A stretch of 64,000 nt of DNA from Polyangia bacterium. GTDB taxonomy: Bacteria > Myxococcota_A > Polyangia > JAAYKL01. The DNA is taken from the NCBI GenBank assembly GCA_050287845.1, contig JBNKCR010000077.1:23506-87505 (forward strand), written 5' to 3'. The notes under the pieces were generated by a model. The model was not told where the DNA came from. It searched no databases and saw only the letters and a program-made list of their open reading frames with translations. Positions within the stretch are counted from its first letter, which is position 1; the number at the start of each line of letters is the position of its first letter. Positions 20,100-29,831 of the stretch are shown in pieces. The translations under genes and the position numbers were made by a program.

Positions 20100-21521
20100 T
20101 CAATGTTCATCGGCACCCACGTCCGGGGTGCTGTCCCGGGGGTCGCCGTCGATGTCGGTAGTTGGCAAACCGGAAATGCTGCTGATTCCTGCATCAATGG
20201 CTGCGGCGCCGACTGTCAGATGAAGGTCCCCACCAGCTGCATCTGTAAATTCGGCAAGATTCGCATTTTCCATGTTCCCCACAAGGGTGGCGGTCGCACC
20301 ATCCCGTTCCCGCAGTGGGTGAGTGACCAGGTTGTTGGCAACGGTGGCGCTGGTGCTGTCAAATCGCCATTCAATAGCGGAAAACATCTCGCCGGTGGAA
20401 ACGATGGTGTTGTGCAACACGCTGGCATCGCAGGCGCTCCACAGGCAGATGCCACAGTCAAATCCGCTTTCTGAAGCAAACAGCCCACTGTCACTGGCGA
20501 AAATAAAGTTGTTCTGCACTACGCCACCCACATGCCCCACATACATCTCCCCATCACTGTTGCACGGGTGGTCACTGTAGGTGCGCGCATCGCCGCTGGT
20601 GGCAAGACCAAACCCCACCCCCCGGGCGTTATTGAAAAGGATGTTGCGTTCCACCACCGTGTCCCGACAGCCGCGCCAGAAGTGCACCGCGTGTTCGCTC
20701 AACCCGTTCTGGCAATAAAACCCGGAAATCTGATTGTCGCGAATGGTCCATCCCCTTGCCTGGTGGGCGTCGACCCCGCCGGTGTAACAGGGAGAGGCCG
20801 ACATATTCACATGGGGGCGTCCCTCATCAGTGAGCACAATACTGCTGCAGGCCACTTCACCATCATCGGCATACACCTGCATGGCACTGTTGTGACTGTT
20901 GATTTTGATGGCCTGCTCCCCCGGGTCGACAATGTGCACGCGATAAATGCGGGTATTGTCGGTGTTTCCCCCATCGCTGCTGGTCACGTGTATGGGGTGG
21001 GTAGAGGCCCGCTGAATGGTTATTTCGGCAATGGTACAGTCCGATGCGGCCACAGTAACGATTTCGGTGGTCTGGTAATTGCCGTCCAGGATCACGTCTT
21101 CGGGATTGCCGTTTTCGGAACGAAGGGTGATTCCCGGCGTGGCAATCCAGATATAGTTTCCATTCAAATGATAGGTGCCGCTTTCAAACAGGATGGTGTC
21201 TCCCGTTTGTGCACTGGCCACAATTTCGCGAAGTCCTGTCACATCCTCCGGGGTTACCCGGGTTACGTTTCCGGAAGGCGAATCCAGCGGCAAACAGAAA
21301 TTGCCATTCTCAGAGGGCTGTTCATCGGTCCGGGAATCCGTCTCCCGGGCTTCGACAGTGGCGGTTTCTGTGTCGGAATCCGAATGGAAGGCCGAGCCGG
21401 TGTCCGCAGAAGGGGTGTCCGAAACATTTCCAGAGGACGAATCACTGCACCCCCACCCCGCTGCCGTAAAGATCAGGGCGACAATCCACAAACCGGGTTC
21501 AGTTTGAATTATCCGTATCAT
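20100..21521 (-). CDS. Lipoprotein with right-handed parallel beta-helix (pectin-lyase-like fold)
   Basis: Lipobox GWG-C, acidic linker, GDTILFESGTY, IRDNQI/VERNIL/VQNNFI repeats, AAIDAG...PDVGADE. Confidence 0.85.
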   Translation of the reverse strand: MIRIIQTEPGLWIVALIFTAAGWGCSDSSSGNVSDTPSADTGSAFHSDSDTETATVEARETDSRTDEQPSENGNFCLPLDSPSGNVTRVTPEDVTGLREIVASAQTGDTILFESGTYHLNGNYIWIATPGITLRSENGNPEDVILDGNYQTTEIVTVAASDCTIAEITIQRASTHPIHVTSSDGGNTDNTRIYRVHIVDPGEQAIKINSHNSAMQVYADDGEVACSSIVLTDEGRPHVNMSASPCYTGGVDAHQARGWTIRDNQISGFYCQNGLSEHAVHFWRGCRDTVVERNILFNNARGVGFGLATSGDARTYSDHPCNSDGEMYVGHVGGVVQNNFIFASDSGLFASESGFDCGICLWSACDASVLHNTIVSTGEMFSAIEWRFDSTSATVANNLVTHPLRERDGATATLVGNMENANLAEFTDAAGGDLHLTVGAAAIDAGISSISGLPTTDIDGDPRDSTPDVGADEH

Positions 21522-21769
21522 AAGGCACTCGCTTTCCCAATGGTTGTTTTATTCAATGAACGATTCAAAATAATGAATCGTCGATGCTTTAAAATATACG
21601 CCCGATAAATTCCGTGCAAAAATTAAAAATGGAATATTTCCACGATATTGAAATTTCTTTTTTTCTCTTCCCATTCTGAGGGAGTGAAGTGTTGGTTAAC
21701 TGTCGTCCCCTGGGGGCGATGCGCTTAATGTAAAATATTTCAGCATGTAAACAACATGGAGGCTGAATC

Positions 21770-24538
21770 ATGAACAGGCCAGTACTACGAAAATATTGCC
21801 ATATTGACAGGATTCTCATTTCGATGTGGGCATTGACGCTGATGCTCCCGGGATGTGGCACCAAAAATGACGCGGACGATCCCGATAACTCGCTGGGGGA
21901 TACCCAGAGTGACGCACAGGGGGACAGCGGCACGGTATCCACGGATGATTCCGATTCACCGCAGGGGGTCGAAACCGACTCCGGACGCCTTGAGATGCTC
22001 GATGAAACCGTTGCCCTGCGCGGCAGCATCATGGTGCCGGATGCATCGGCCAGGCTCACCCAGCAGGAACTGGTGGTGCAGCTTCCCAATTACGACCCGG
22101 GCAGCCTGCTTCGCTGCGGATTGAACGACAATGACGAGTACCGCGTCACGGTGGAACAGCTGGGGGGGGTCCGCTGGAATTATTCGGTCTCCATGCTGGA
22201 AGACGGCAGCAAGCCTATTTTTCAAAAAGGACTCCCCGAAATGTCCAGATGGACCAATGATGCAGATTTGGCCGGCGACGGGAGCGCGGTGGAAATCGTG
22301 GAAGCGGACATTGTGGGACTCAGTGAAGATGCGGCTCTCTTTGCCTCGGCCAGCCATGGCCTGCTGCTGGCAGACCTCTCCGGAGAAGCGCCCCGGTTTG
22401 TCTGTGCGGCCAAGTTGCCGGGGATTTCCAAAAAATTCTATTACTACAACAATCGACTGGTGGTGATGGTGGAGGGCATTGTCCCCGGCCAGAAGAATCA
22501 CTCTTACCTGCTTCATTTCAGTGTCAGCAGCGATGCGCTCACTTTCATTGAAGCGGTGGATCTCGGGGTGGGACATGTGCTGGATTCCAGGCGGTTCAAC
22601 GAACGGCTGGTCATTTATACGGACCTGGCCATCAACGCGGAAACGCCCACCGACACCGGAAACCCGCAAGCCGATGCCATGCCCGTGTATTACAACAGTC
22701 CTCACCGGCAACTGCATGTATTCAACTGGGGGGAGACCCTGGTGCCCGAGTTGTCCGAGACTCAAATTAACGATGAAGATGTCGTTCAATGGCAGGAGGT
22801 CACCCCGGAGACCCACACAATTGGGGATCTGGTGCATCAGTCCAGCTATTTCAATGACGCCATCTGGGCAAGTGATCGCTATTTTGTGATTACCGAAAAT
22901 TTATACCGCAGTTATCTCACCGGATTCGAAAACCGATCGTACAATCGCTGCGTGGAACACCACACCGTGGAGATTCCGTACACATATTGCTACACAGTGT
23001 ACGAAACCCGTCCCAATCCCAATTACGAGCCCCCGGACAACACCGGCGGCGATCGCAGTTGCAGTGGCACTACCCTGGCCGACTGCCTGCGCCACGTGGC
23101 AACGGTTTCCAACGAAACCATTCAGGTGCCGGTAGACCGCATCTGTGAACCGCGCACCAGAACCGAGTATATCTGCGACCAGTACGAAACCATTCAGTAC
23201 ACGGTGCCCCAGTATCGTCACGAAACCAGAACCAAACTGGCCATTTACGAATACACGACGGACGGGTTTATCCGTTTTGCAAGCGAAGTGGCGGAAATCG
23301 CGGACGCGGGTCTTTCGGATGTGACGCTGACTGATTCGGTGGACACCCTGACCACTTCCACAGAAAAATTCGATTTGGAAATCAATGGCGCAGTGCAAAC
23401 CCTCTATTTCCAGAACGGCTTCCTTTACGTCATCGCCGAGGGCATTCTTCAGGTCTACGCCATGGGCGAAAACTCACTGGTGCGCACCAGCACATTGAAC
23501 GCCGTGGACGATACTCTGCAGTCGTCGCTGTTTACCGACGACACCATCTATCTGAGCGATTTTTCGTGGAATTACGGTACAGGGGATACCTCCCAGCTCA
23601 AACTGGTGGACCTGAGCAATCCGGGATTTCCAACTCTCAGGGCAGAAACTCCCGAGCTTCCCGGCGGCCATACCCACATTCTGGCCATCGACCAGGGCAT
23701 TTTCACCATTGGCCGTGTGGCGCAATTTGAAGGACAGAATATTCAGGCGCTGAAGCTCGGGCTCTTCGGCGTCACCGAAGCGGCGGAGCTTTCGTATCTC
23801 ATTTTGGGAACTGATTTGTCAAACCCCTCCATTTCAACGGAAAAAACTTTTACCTTCGATGGCGCTGCGAGCCGTCTGCTGCTGCCGTATTCCGGTTATA
23901 ACGATGCGAGTAACAGCAGTATCTTCCGTGTGGGAATCAGTCATATTGAGGATCAGCTGATTGTGAGTGATGGGGCGTTGGAAACATCGGAACTGCTGCA
24001 GCGGGTGCGAAAGGAGCCCGGCACATCGCGTTATATGGGCTTCAGCAACAATCTCATCGAGTCCATTGTTCCGGTGGCGGGCGGTTTTGAACTGCAGCCG
24101 GTGCTCGAATATTACACGCCCATCGCCCTGTATCGCTATACGGACGCCGACGACTATCTCGAAATCCTGCGCCTCGGAAACCAGTGCCGATTCCATTTTG
24201 CCAGAGGCGCCGATATCAATGTTCGCAACGATGACACCGTCAGCGAGCCATTTGCGTGCACCGGCGCCTCCCCATGGGCCTATGGTCGCAACATTGTTTT
24301 CGGGAATCAGATGGGATTCGAATTCTCCAATGACCACACATTCTCGCCCCTCTCCGCAGCACAGGTGGCAACTTTGTACGAAGCATTACAGGCGCGACCC
24401 TACTGCCTGCTTTCCACCACCGACCGCTTTCCATGGGAAGAACTGCGCATCGATTTCACCAGTTCCAACTACACCCTGGACGATTTCACCTGCATGACCC
24501 GCGAAGAATACGAAACACTGGTAAATACGTTCGAGTAA
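21770..24538 (+). CDS. Large lipoprotein, secreted beta-propeller-like protein
   Basis: RBS ggagg, lipobox LPG-C, VEADIV, LVDLSNPGFP, ALKLGLF, LLLPYSG; these motifs resemble secreted beta-propeller domains. Confidence 0.7.
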   Translation: MNRPVLRKYCHIDRILISMWALTLMLPGCGTKNDADDPDNSLGDTQSDAQGDSGTVSTDDSDSPQGVETDSGRLEMLDETVALRGSIMVPDASARLTQQELVVQLPNYDPGSLLRCGLNDNDEYRVTVEQLGGVRWNYSVSMLEDGSKPIFQKGLPEMSRWTNDADLAGDGSAVEIVEADIVGLSEDAALFASASHGLLLADLSGEAPRFVCAAKLPGISKKFYYYNNRLVVMVEGIVPGQKNHSYLLHFSVSSDALTFIEAVDLGVGHVLDSRRFNERLVIYTDLAINAETPTDTGNPQADAMPVYYNSPHRQLHVFNWGETLVPELSETQINDEDVVQWQEVTPETHTIGDLVHQSSYFNDAIWASDRYFVITENLYRSYLTGFENRSYNRCVEHHTVEIPYTYCYTVYETRPNPNYEPPDNTGGDRSCSGTTLADCLRHVATVSNETIQVPVDRICEPRTRTEYICDQYETIQYTVPQYRHETRTKLAIYEYTTDGFIRFASEVAEIADAGLSDVTLTDSVDTLTTSTEKFDLEINGAVQTLYFQNGFLYVIAEGILQVYAMGENSLVRTSTLNAVDDTLQSSLFTDDTIYLSDFSWNYGTGDTSQLKLVDLSNPGFPTLRAETPELPGGHTHILAIDQGIFTIGRVAQFEGQNIQALKLGLFGVTEAAELSYLILGTDLSNPSISTEKTFTFDGAASRLLLPYSGYNDASNSSIFRVGISHIEDQLIVSDGALETSELLQRVRKEPGTSRYMGFSNNLIESIVPVAGGFELQPVLEYYTPIALYRYTDADDYLEILRLGNQCRFHFARGADINVRNDDTVSEPFACTGASPWAYGRNIVFGNQMGFEFSNDHTFSPLSAAQVATLYEALQARPYCLLSTTDRFPWEELRIDFTSSNYTLDDFTCMTREEYETLVNTFE

Positions 24539-24697
24539 GCTCAGTTTCATCGGTTGTGTAATTTTTGCGCTATGTGATGTTATTTTAAAACTCTTTCGAC
24601 CTCGAAACCGCATTCGATAATATTGTCTGCAGGCAGGGTTTTCGGTGTCTGTAAAATAAGATTTGTCATTCAACCGAAAACCGGTGTAGTGGTGCCC

Positions 24698-25306
24698 ATG
24701 GGTCGAATTTCTTTTCGGATAGAACGATGTGAGCGATGCAGGATGCACCGTGAACTGTGCGTCTGTGCATATATTCCCACTGTTGATGTGGCCACCAGAG
24801 TGGTGCTGGTGATGCACAAACGGGAGTTTGTAAAAATTTCTGCCACGGGTCCGCTGGCGCTCGCATGTCTCCCCAACAGCGAGCTGCGCATTCACGGGCA
24901 CCGGGATACCCCCATCCATATAAACGACCTGCTCAGCGAAAACCGCCGCGTCCTCTGCCTCTTTCCCAGACCCGGCGCACAGATTCTGAATGGCGCGTTT
25001 GTAAAAGCCGACCCGCGCCCCATCACCCTGATTGTCCCCGATGGCAATTGGGGACAGGCGTCCAGAATGAGTCGGCGAATTCCCGGAATGCAGAATACGA
25101 TCAATGTCATTTTGCCCAGAGGAGAGCCCACCAACTGGGGACTCCGCCACGAACCTCATGAAGAAGGCCTCGCCACCTTTGAAGCAATTTCCCGCTCCCT
25201 GGGCATCATCGAATCGAAAGACGTGCAAAAATCAATGGACGCGCTGTTCACCCGGATGGTCCAGCGAACCCATAAACTCCGCGGCACCACGCCAGCTCAA
25301 AAATAG
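24698..25306 (+). CDS. tapT: DTW-domain protein (tRNA-uridine aminocarboxypropyltransferase-like)
   Basis: CERC...LCVC, HKRE...ATG, LFP, PDGNW.QA, LR..P...LATFEA. Confidence 0.85.
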   Translation: MGRISFRIERCERCRMHRELCVCAYIPTVDVATRVVLVMHKREFVKISATGPLALACLPNSELRIHGHRDTPIHINDLLSENRRVLCLFPRPGAQILNGAFVKADPRPITLIVPDGNWGQASRMSRRIPGMQNTINVILPRGEPTNWGLRHEPHEEGLATFEAISRSLGIIESKDVQKSMDALFTRMVQRTHKLRGTTPAQK

Positions 25307-25328
25307 CATTCAGATGAAGCAGATACTG

Positions 25329-26171
25329 TCAGAGTGTATTCGGGGACGTAGCACTTTGACCGTTGTCAACAGTCGTGTCCGCCAGAGAAATCCCCATCAT
25401 TTTCGCATCGGCAGCCACATGACGTCGGATGAGCTTCCTGGATACAAATAACATCCCTATCACCAGCGGCACAGTAAGCCAGGACAGTAAATTCACCATC
25501 GAACTCGCCGAGCCTCTGGCACTGAAGATTATAAAGTCATACAACCCATGAATTCCAATCGCTGCCAGCAGGTACACGGCAATCGTTTGATATTTTTTAC
25601 TGCCTGATTCAAATTTCGCTTTCCCCAGACCGTACCCTGTCAGCACACCAGTCACCGCGTGTGCGGGAACTGACAGCAATCCCCGAAGCAGCGCAAGTTG
25701 CAGCATGCCCTGTAACGAAACAAATATTCCCACCGGCGCGATATACATAAAGTTTTCAATGAAGGCGAATCCAAGGGACGCCGCAACTGTATACACAATG
25801 CCGTCCATGCGTTCATCAAACACTGGATGACGGTAAATAATCAACACAACCACCAGAAACTTCGCCATTTCCTCCACGCCTGCGGCCACCACGAAAGCAA
25901 CATACGCATGCATCCATATTCCCGGAGGAATTAAATTGTTTCCGACAATACCGAGGAAAGACTCTACGAGACTTACAGGCACCACAAAAAGCAATCCGAA
26001 AAAGAATACCTTCAGCACCTTGCCTTTCGGCTCCCGCCGATTTCGATCCGCACGGTAAATATACACCAGCAATGCGATCGCAGGAATTGCTGCCAGCAGA
26101 ACCGACAATGAAACCCAGTGTATATTCTCTTTTAATTGTAGACCCAGATAACCAAAGAATTCAGCATACAT
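25329..26171 (-). CDS. prsW: PrsW family intramembrane metalloprotease
   Basis: DRNRREP, VEEMAK, LGFAFIEN, VPAHA, IHGLYD. Confidence 0.92.
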   Translation of the reverse strand: MYAEFFGYLGLQLKENIHWVSLSVLLAAIPAIALLVYIYRADRNRREPKGKVLKVFFFGLLFVVPVSLVESFLGIVGNNLIPPGIWMHAYVAFVVAAGVEEMAKFLVVVLIIYRHPVFDERMDGIVYTVAASLGFAFIENFMYIAPVGIFVSLQGMLQLALLRGLLSVPAHAVTGVLTGYGLGKAKFESGSKKYQTIAVYLLAAIGIHGLYDFIIFSARGSASSMVNLLSWLTVPLVIGMLFVSRKLIRRHVAADAKMMGISLADTTVDNGQSATSPNTL

Positions 26172-26625
26172 GAACCCAGTATATCAGATGCCGCATCAAA
26201 CACTACGGCAAAAAAAACAGATGCATAGAGACTTGGTCGGGTCATCATTATTCGATTTATTCCCCCCCAAAATACGACTTTTTTCGCGTCCGTTAAAACC
26301 TTCCAGAGAAGCATTATGGTTCGATGAGGTGATCATTTTTTGTGACACAGGAGACGACAGCACAGAATATCTGCAGGGGCAGGCTATTCGCGCCAGACGG
26401 CGAAGGAATGATGCATCGGGACATCGTAACAGACGCATTCATCCCATAAATACGAGAGCACGTTCAGGGCGGTGACGGTGTACACCCCCATATCGACTGT
26501 GCCCCCGTTTCGAAAAGAGAGCTTGAATCTTCAGTTTCATCCGCTATCAGTGGGTTGAAGATTGACATCACCTGTGGAAGCAGAAATACAGAACAGACAC
26601 AGCTGGCACACCCTTGCGCGTTTCA

Positions 26626-26653
26626 GTAGGGGCGAAAAATTTTTCGCCCCTAC
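26626..26653. repeat. GTAG-family REP-like perfect palindrome
   Basis: GTAGGGGCGAAAAA|TTTTTCGCCCCTAC. Confidence 0.8.
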
Positions 26654-27016
26654 AAGTAATTCAAATGATTTCAATGTCTTGCACAGGGATAAATTCCATA
26701 TTTGCCGAAAGGAAATTGAGAACGGGTCTTTCTTCTCATGAATCTTTGTAAAAAAGAGGTGATGCTGTTTGCACATGTCCGATAGAGATGTAGATTATAG
26801 CTACATTTGAAAATGATGACGCAGCCGGGGGGAATTTCACTGTGAAAATCAGTGGCCGTACAATAGCGGTGGGCCTTTTCGTCCGGTATCGCGCGGGCCG
26901 CGACAATTGCAACGCCTTCCTGGTGGATAACTTCCACCAGGGCATCTCCGGCATCACATTCAGCCAGTTCCGCAAACCGAGCTTCGACGAACTCGAAGAA
27001 TAACCCCCTTGCATGC

Positions 27017-28030
27017 TCACGGCGCCAGTTTGGCCAGGCCTGCTTCCAGAATTTCGCGATTGAGGTGAAGGCCTTCTGCGGGGTCTTCGCAGGTGCCGGA
27101 AGGGTGGTAAAAGATGTCGGCGGTGAAGGGGCCGAAGGAATCCCGGCAGTGGGAATGGACAATGACCTGATGTCCCGGCTGTATTCTGGCTGAGATGAAA
27201 GCCCGTGCCTTTTTTTCATGGGGTTTACCGGCAGATGCGGCATCCACCCCCCGAAGACGGAACTGCATGCGCAGATGGGCCTGCTCTCCCAGAATCACTT
27301 CCAGCTTCAGGCTGTCGCCGCCCACCACCTCCTGGACCACCGCGCGATAGGCGTAGCGGTTTTCGTGGCCGCCTTTGATTTTATGAAATCGCTCCCGGGT
27401 GCCCAGACGAATGACAATATCGCCCGGGGTCACATCTTCCCGCAACAGGTTGCCGGGGACGCGCAGGCACACACCGAATCCGGCATCCAGCTGCAGGTCG
27501 CCACCGGTTCCCTGAACCACTTTGTATACAAATGGTCTGCGGTCCGCCACGGACAGGGTGCGTTCCAGCTTGATCGACGATACTTTTTCTGGCCCCACCA
27601 CTTCGTTGACCGCACGCTCCAGGGCGCGAACCGTCAGCTTTTCAGTGGCCACCCGTTGTTCAAGCGCCTTGCGTCGGTTCTCGTTTTCCACCGACAGCAG
27701 TGCCCGATAATGACTCCAGCACAGCGTATCATTCTCCGATGGTTCGGCATACCATCGGGCGAACTTTCGCATATAAAACACATTGCGGCGTCCGAATCTG
27801 CGACCGTATTTCTGCCCCAGCATTTTCGAAACCCGCTCCATTACCCGCGCGGTTTCAGAAGAATTTAATTTGCGCTGTTCCTCCACTGCCAGAATCAGTT
27901 GGCCCACCTGCCAGCTCTGCATCAGTCGCGCCTGCTCTTCAGAGCGACTGCCGGCGCCCTCTCCTCCCAACACCCCGTCAATTTCCGCAAACAGCGATTC
28001 GCTTACTTCTGTTAAATAATCACCAGTCAT
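27017..28030 (-). CDS. DUF1016/YhcG N-terminal domain fused to a thermonuclease (SNase)-like domain
   Basis: WQVGQLI, YMRKFA, LCWSHYRALL, LTVRALER at the N-terminus. VVGGDS, RLRGVDA, DSFGP, LNREILEAGLA at the C-terminus. Confidence 0.8.
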   Translation of the reverse strand: MTGDYLTEVSESLFAEIDGVLGGEGAGSRSEEQARLMQSWQVGQLILAVEEQRKLNSSETARVMERVSKMLGQKYGRRFGRRNVFYMRKFARWYAEPSENDTLCWSHYRALLSVENENRRKALEQRVATEKLTVRALERAVNEVVGPEKVSSIKLERTLSVADRRPFVYKVVQGTGGDLQLDAGFGVCLRVPGNLLREDVTPGDIVIRLGTRERFHKIKGGHENRYAYRAVVQEVVGGDSLKLEVILGEQAHLRMQFRLRGVDAASAGKPHEKKARAFISARIQPGHQVIVHSHCRDSFGPFTADIFYHPSGTCEDPAEGLHLNREILEAGLAKLAP

Positions 28031-28316
28031 GGCGCAAAGCTATACACCAACCCGGATTTTCCGTCGAGCGCCATTGCGACATCGTTTTATCCCGGTGACG
28101 TGTCATTTCTGCGACACAGAAAGGTCCAAAACATAAAAAAGTGTCAGAAAATCAACAATCATGTGACCGAAACGGTAAACAATTCCAAGTATTTTTGATA
28201 TAGTTTCATTTTTATGTTTAAATGCGAGTTACCTGTTTACAGGTTACCAGATTTGATTTAATTGCGATCTATAACCAATTTCGTGCACTACCGGTATGTT
28301 GTCCAGGAGGCACCTG

Positions 28317-29807
28317 ATGAATTATTGTGACTCGTTGTATGCGGTATCAACAGATTTCCTCGAACAGACGGTATTTATGGAGTTGGAAACTTCGCAATCC
28401 ATTACGTATGGCGAACTGCAACGGGAAATTCGAAAGTGGGTGGTCTTTTTCTCCCGCAATGGCGTGACCCACGGCGACTGCATCGCCATTCATCTGCATA
28501 ACGGTCTGCATTTTATTCTGGCACACATGGCCGCCCAATACATGGGGGCGGTATCGGTGTTGATGGATCCCCTTTCCCAGCCCAAATCGCTCAGATACTA
28601 TCTGGATATGACAGACGCCACCATGCTGGTCACCCATCTGGGCGATGTGCCGCTGGCCGGCGCGGACACCGGAGATACCAGGGTGATCACCGAAGCCATG
28701 CTTCCGGCCAGAGACAGCAGGATGCCGGAACCCCACGAAGTTCCCCAGATGGCGGACTGGTCGGAAACCGAAACCAGTTACATTTATTTTACATCCGGCA
28801 CTACCAGTCTTCCCAAGGGAGTGCCGCTCACCTATGGCAATCACAACAATTTTTTCAGAATTGCCGATGAGTACTGGCAACCCTCGGACCACACGTCAAA
28901 GCACATCAGTTTCGTGCCGTTCTCCCATGGGTTCGGGAGTATTTTTCTGATACCGTGGACCATCCGCACGGGCAGTTCATGCTTTATCCTGAGGGGATTT
29001 CACCCGCTGAAGGTGGAGCAGGCCATTGCCACCCATGGCATCACCCATATTTATGGGGTTCCTTCTCATTATCAGCAATTGCTGAAGTTCTCGCAGTTTC
29101 ACGACTCTCTGAAAAAACTGAAAATGGCGTTCTGTGCGGCAGCCAAACTCGACAAGGAGACGGTTGACCTCTGGCAGCAGGTGACCGGACATCATCTGCA
29201 TGAAGGCTATGGTCTCATTGAAACCACCGGTGGCATCACCTGGCGGGTTCATCAGGATTCCTCGCAGACCGGAGATGTGGGTATCTGTCCCGATCCGTCG
29301 TTGATTGAGCTGGGCATTATGGATGAGGACGACCATCTGCTGGCGCGGGGCGAAGAGGGAGAAATCGTGGTGCGGGGCAGCAGTGTGACCCGCGGATACC
29401 TGAATATGCCCGAAGAAAATGCCCGGGTGTTTGCCGGCGGATGGTTCCATACGGGGGACAAGGGCAAAATCACCGATGCCGGACAATTGATTATGACCGG
29501 TCGTATTAAAGATATCATTAATATCGCCGGTATTAAAATATCGCCATTTGAGGTGGAAAGCGTTTTGAACCGACACCCCCAGGTAGGTACCTCGGCAGTG
29601 GTCAGTGCCGCCGATTCCCTTTATGGAGAGGTCGTAAAAGCGTTTGTCATTCCCGCCACAGGAGAGTCGCCCGATCCCCGGGCGCTGATTAAATATTGCG
29701 CGGAACATCTGATTAATTTTCAGGTGCCGAGGCAGGTTGTGCTCCTGGATGATTTTCCCCGAAACAACATGGGTAAGGTTGATAGAAAACAACTGAGAGC
29801 CCTGTAA
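28317..29807 (+). CDS. Class I adenylate-forming enzyme (acyl-CoA / acyl-ACP ligase)
   Basis: RBS aggagg, FTSGTTSLPKG, EGYGLIE, HTGD, GRIKD, MGKVDR. Confidence 0.93.
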   Translation: MNYCDSLYAVSTDFLEQTVFMELETSQSITYGELQREIRKWVVFFSRNGVTHGDCIAIHLHNGLHFILAHMAAQYMGAVSVLMDPLSQPKSLRYYLDMTDATMLVTHLGDVPLAGADTGDTRVITEAMLPARDSRMPEPHEVPQMADWSETETSYIYFTSGTTSLPKGVPLTYGNHNNFFRIADEYWQPSDHTSKHISFVPFSHGFGSIFLIPWTIRTGSSCFILRGFHPLKVEQAIATHGITHIYGVPSHYQQLLKFSQFHDSLKKLKMAFCAAAKLDKETVDLWQQVTGHHLHEGYGLIETTGGITWRVHQDSSQTGDVGICPDPSLIELGIMDEDDHLLARGEEGEIVVRGSSVTRGYLNMPEENARVFAGGWFHTGDKGKITDAGQLIMTGRIKDIINIAGIKISPFEVESVLNRHPQVGTSAVVSAADSLYGEVVKAFVIPATGESPDPRALIKYCAEHLINFQVPRQVVLLDDFPRNNMGKVDRKQLRAL

Positions 29808-29831
29808 GGCCGGTAACGGAACGAGGACATC

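Noticed and set aside
25039..25050. DGNW instead of DxTW in the DTW protein
   Set aside because: It is a single substitution with the other motifs intact, which is not enough to claim a changed function.
26671..27243. Minus-strand ORFs of 190 and 94 aa
   Set aside because: They overlap the DUF1016 gene out of frame or read like antisense of the plus-strand fragment.
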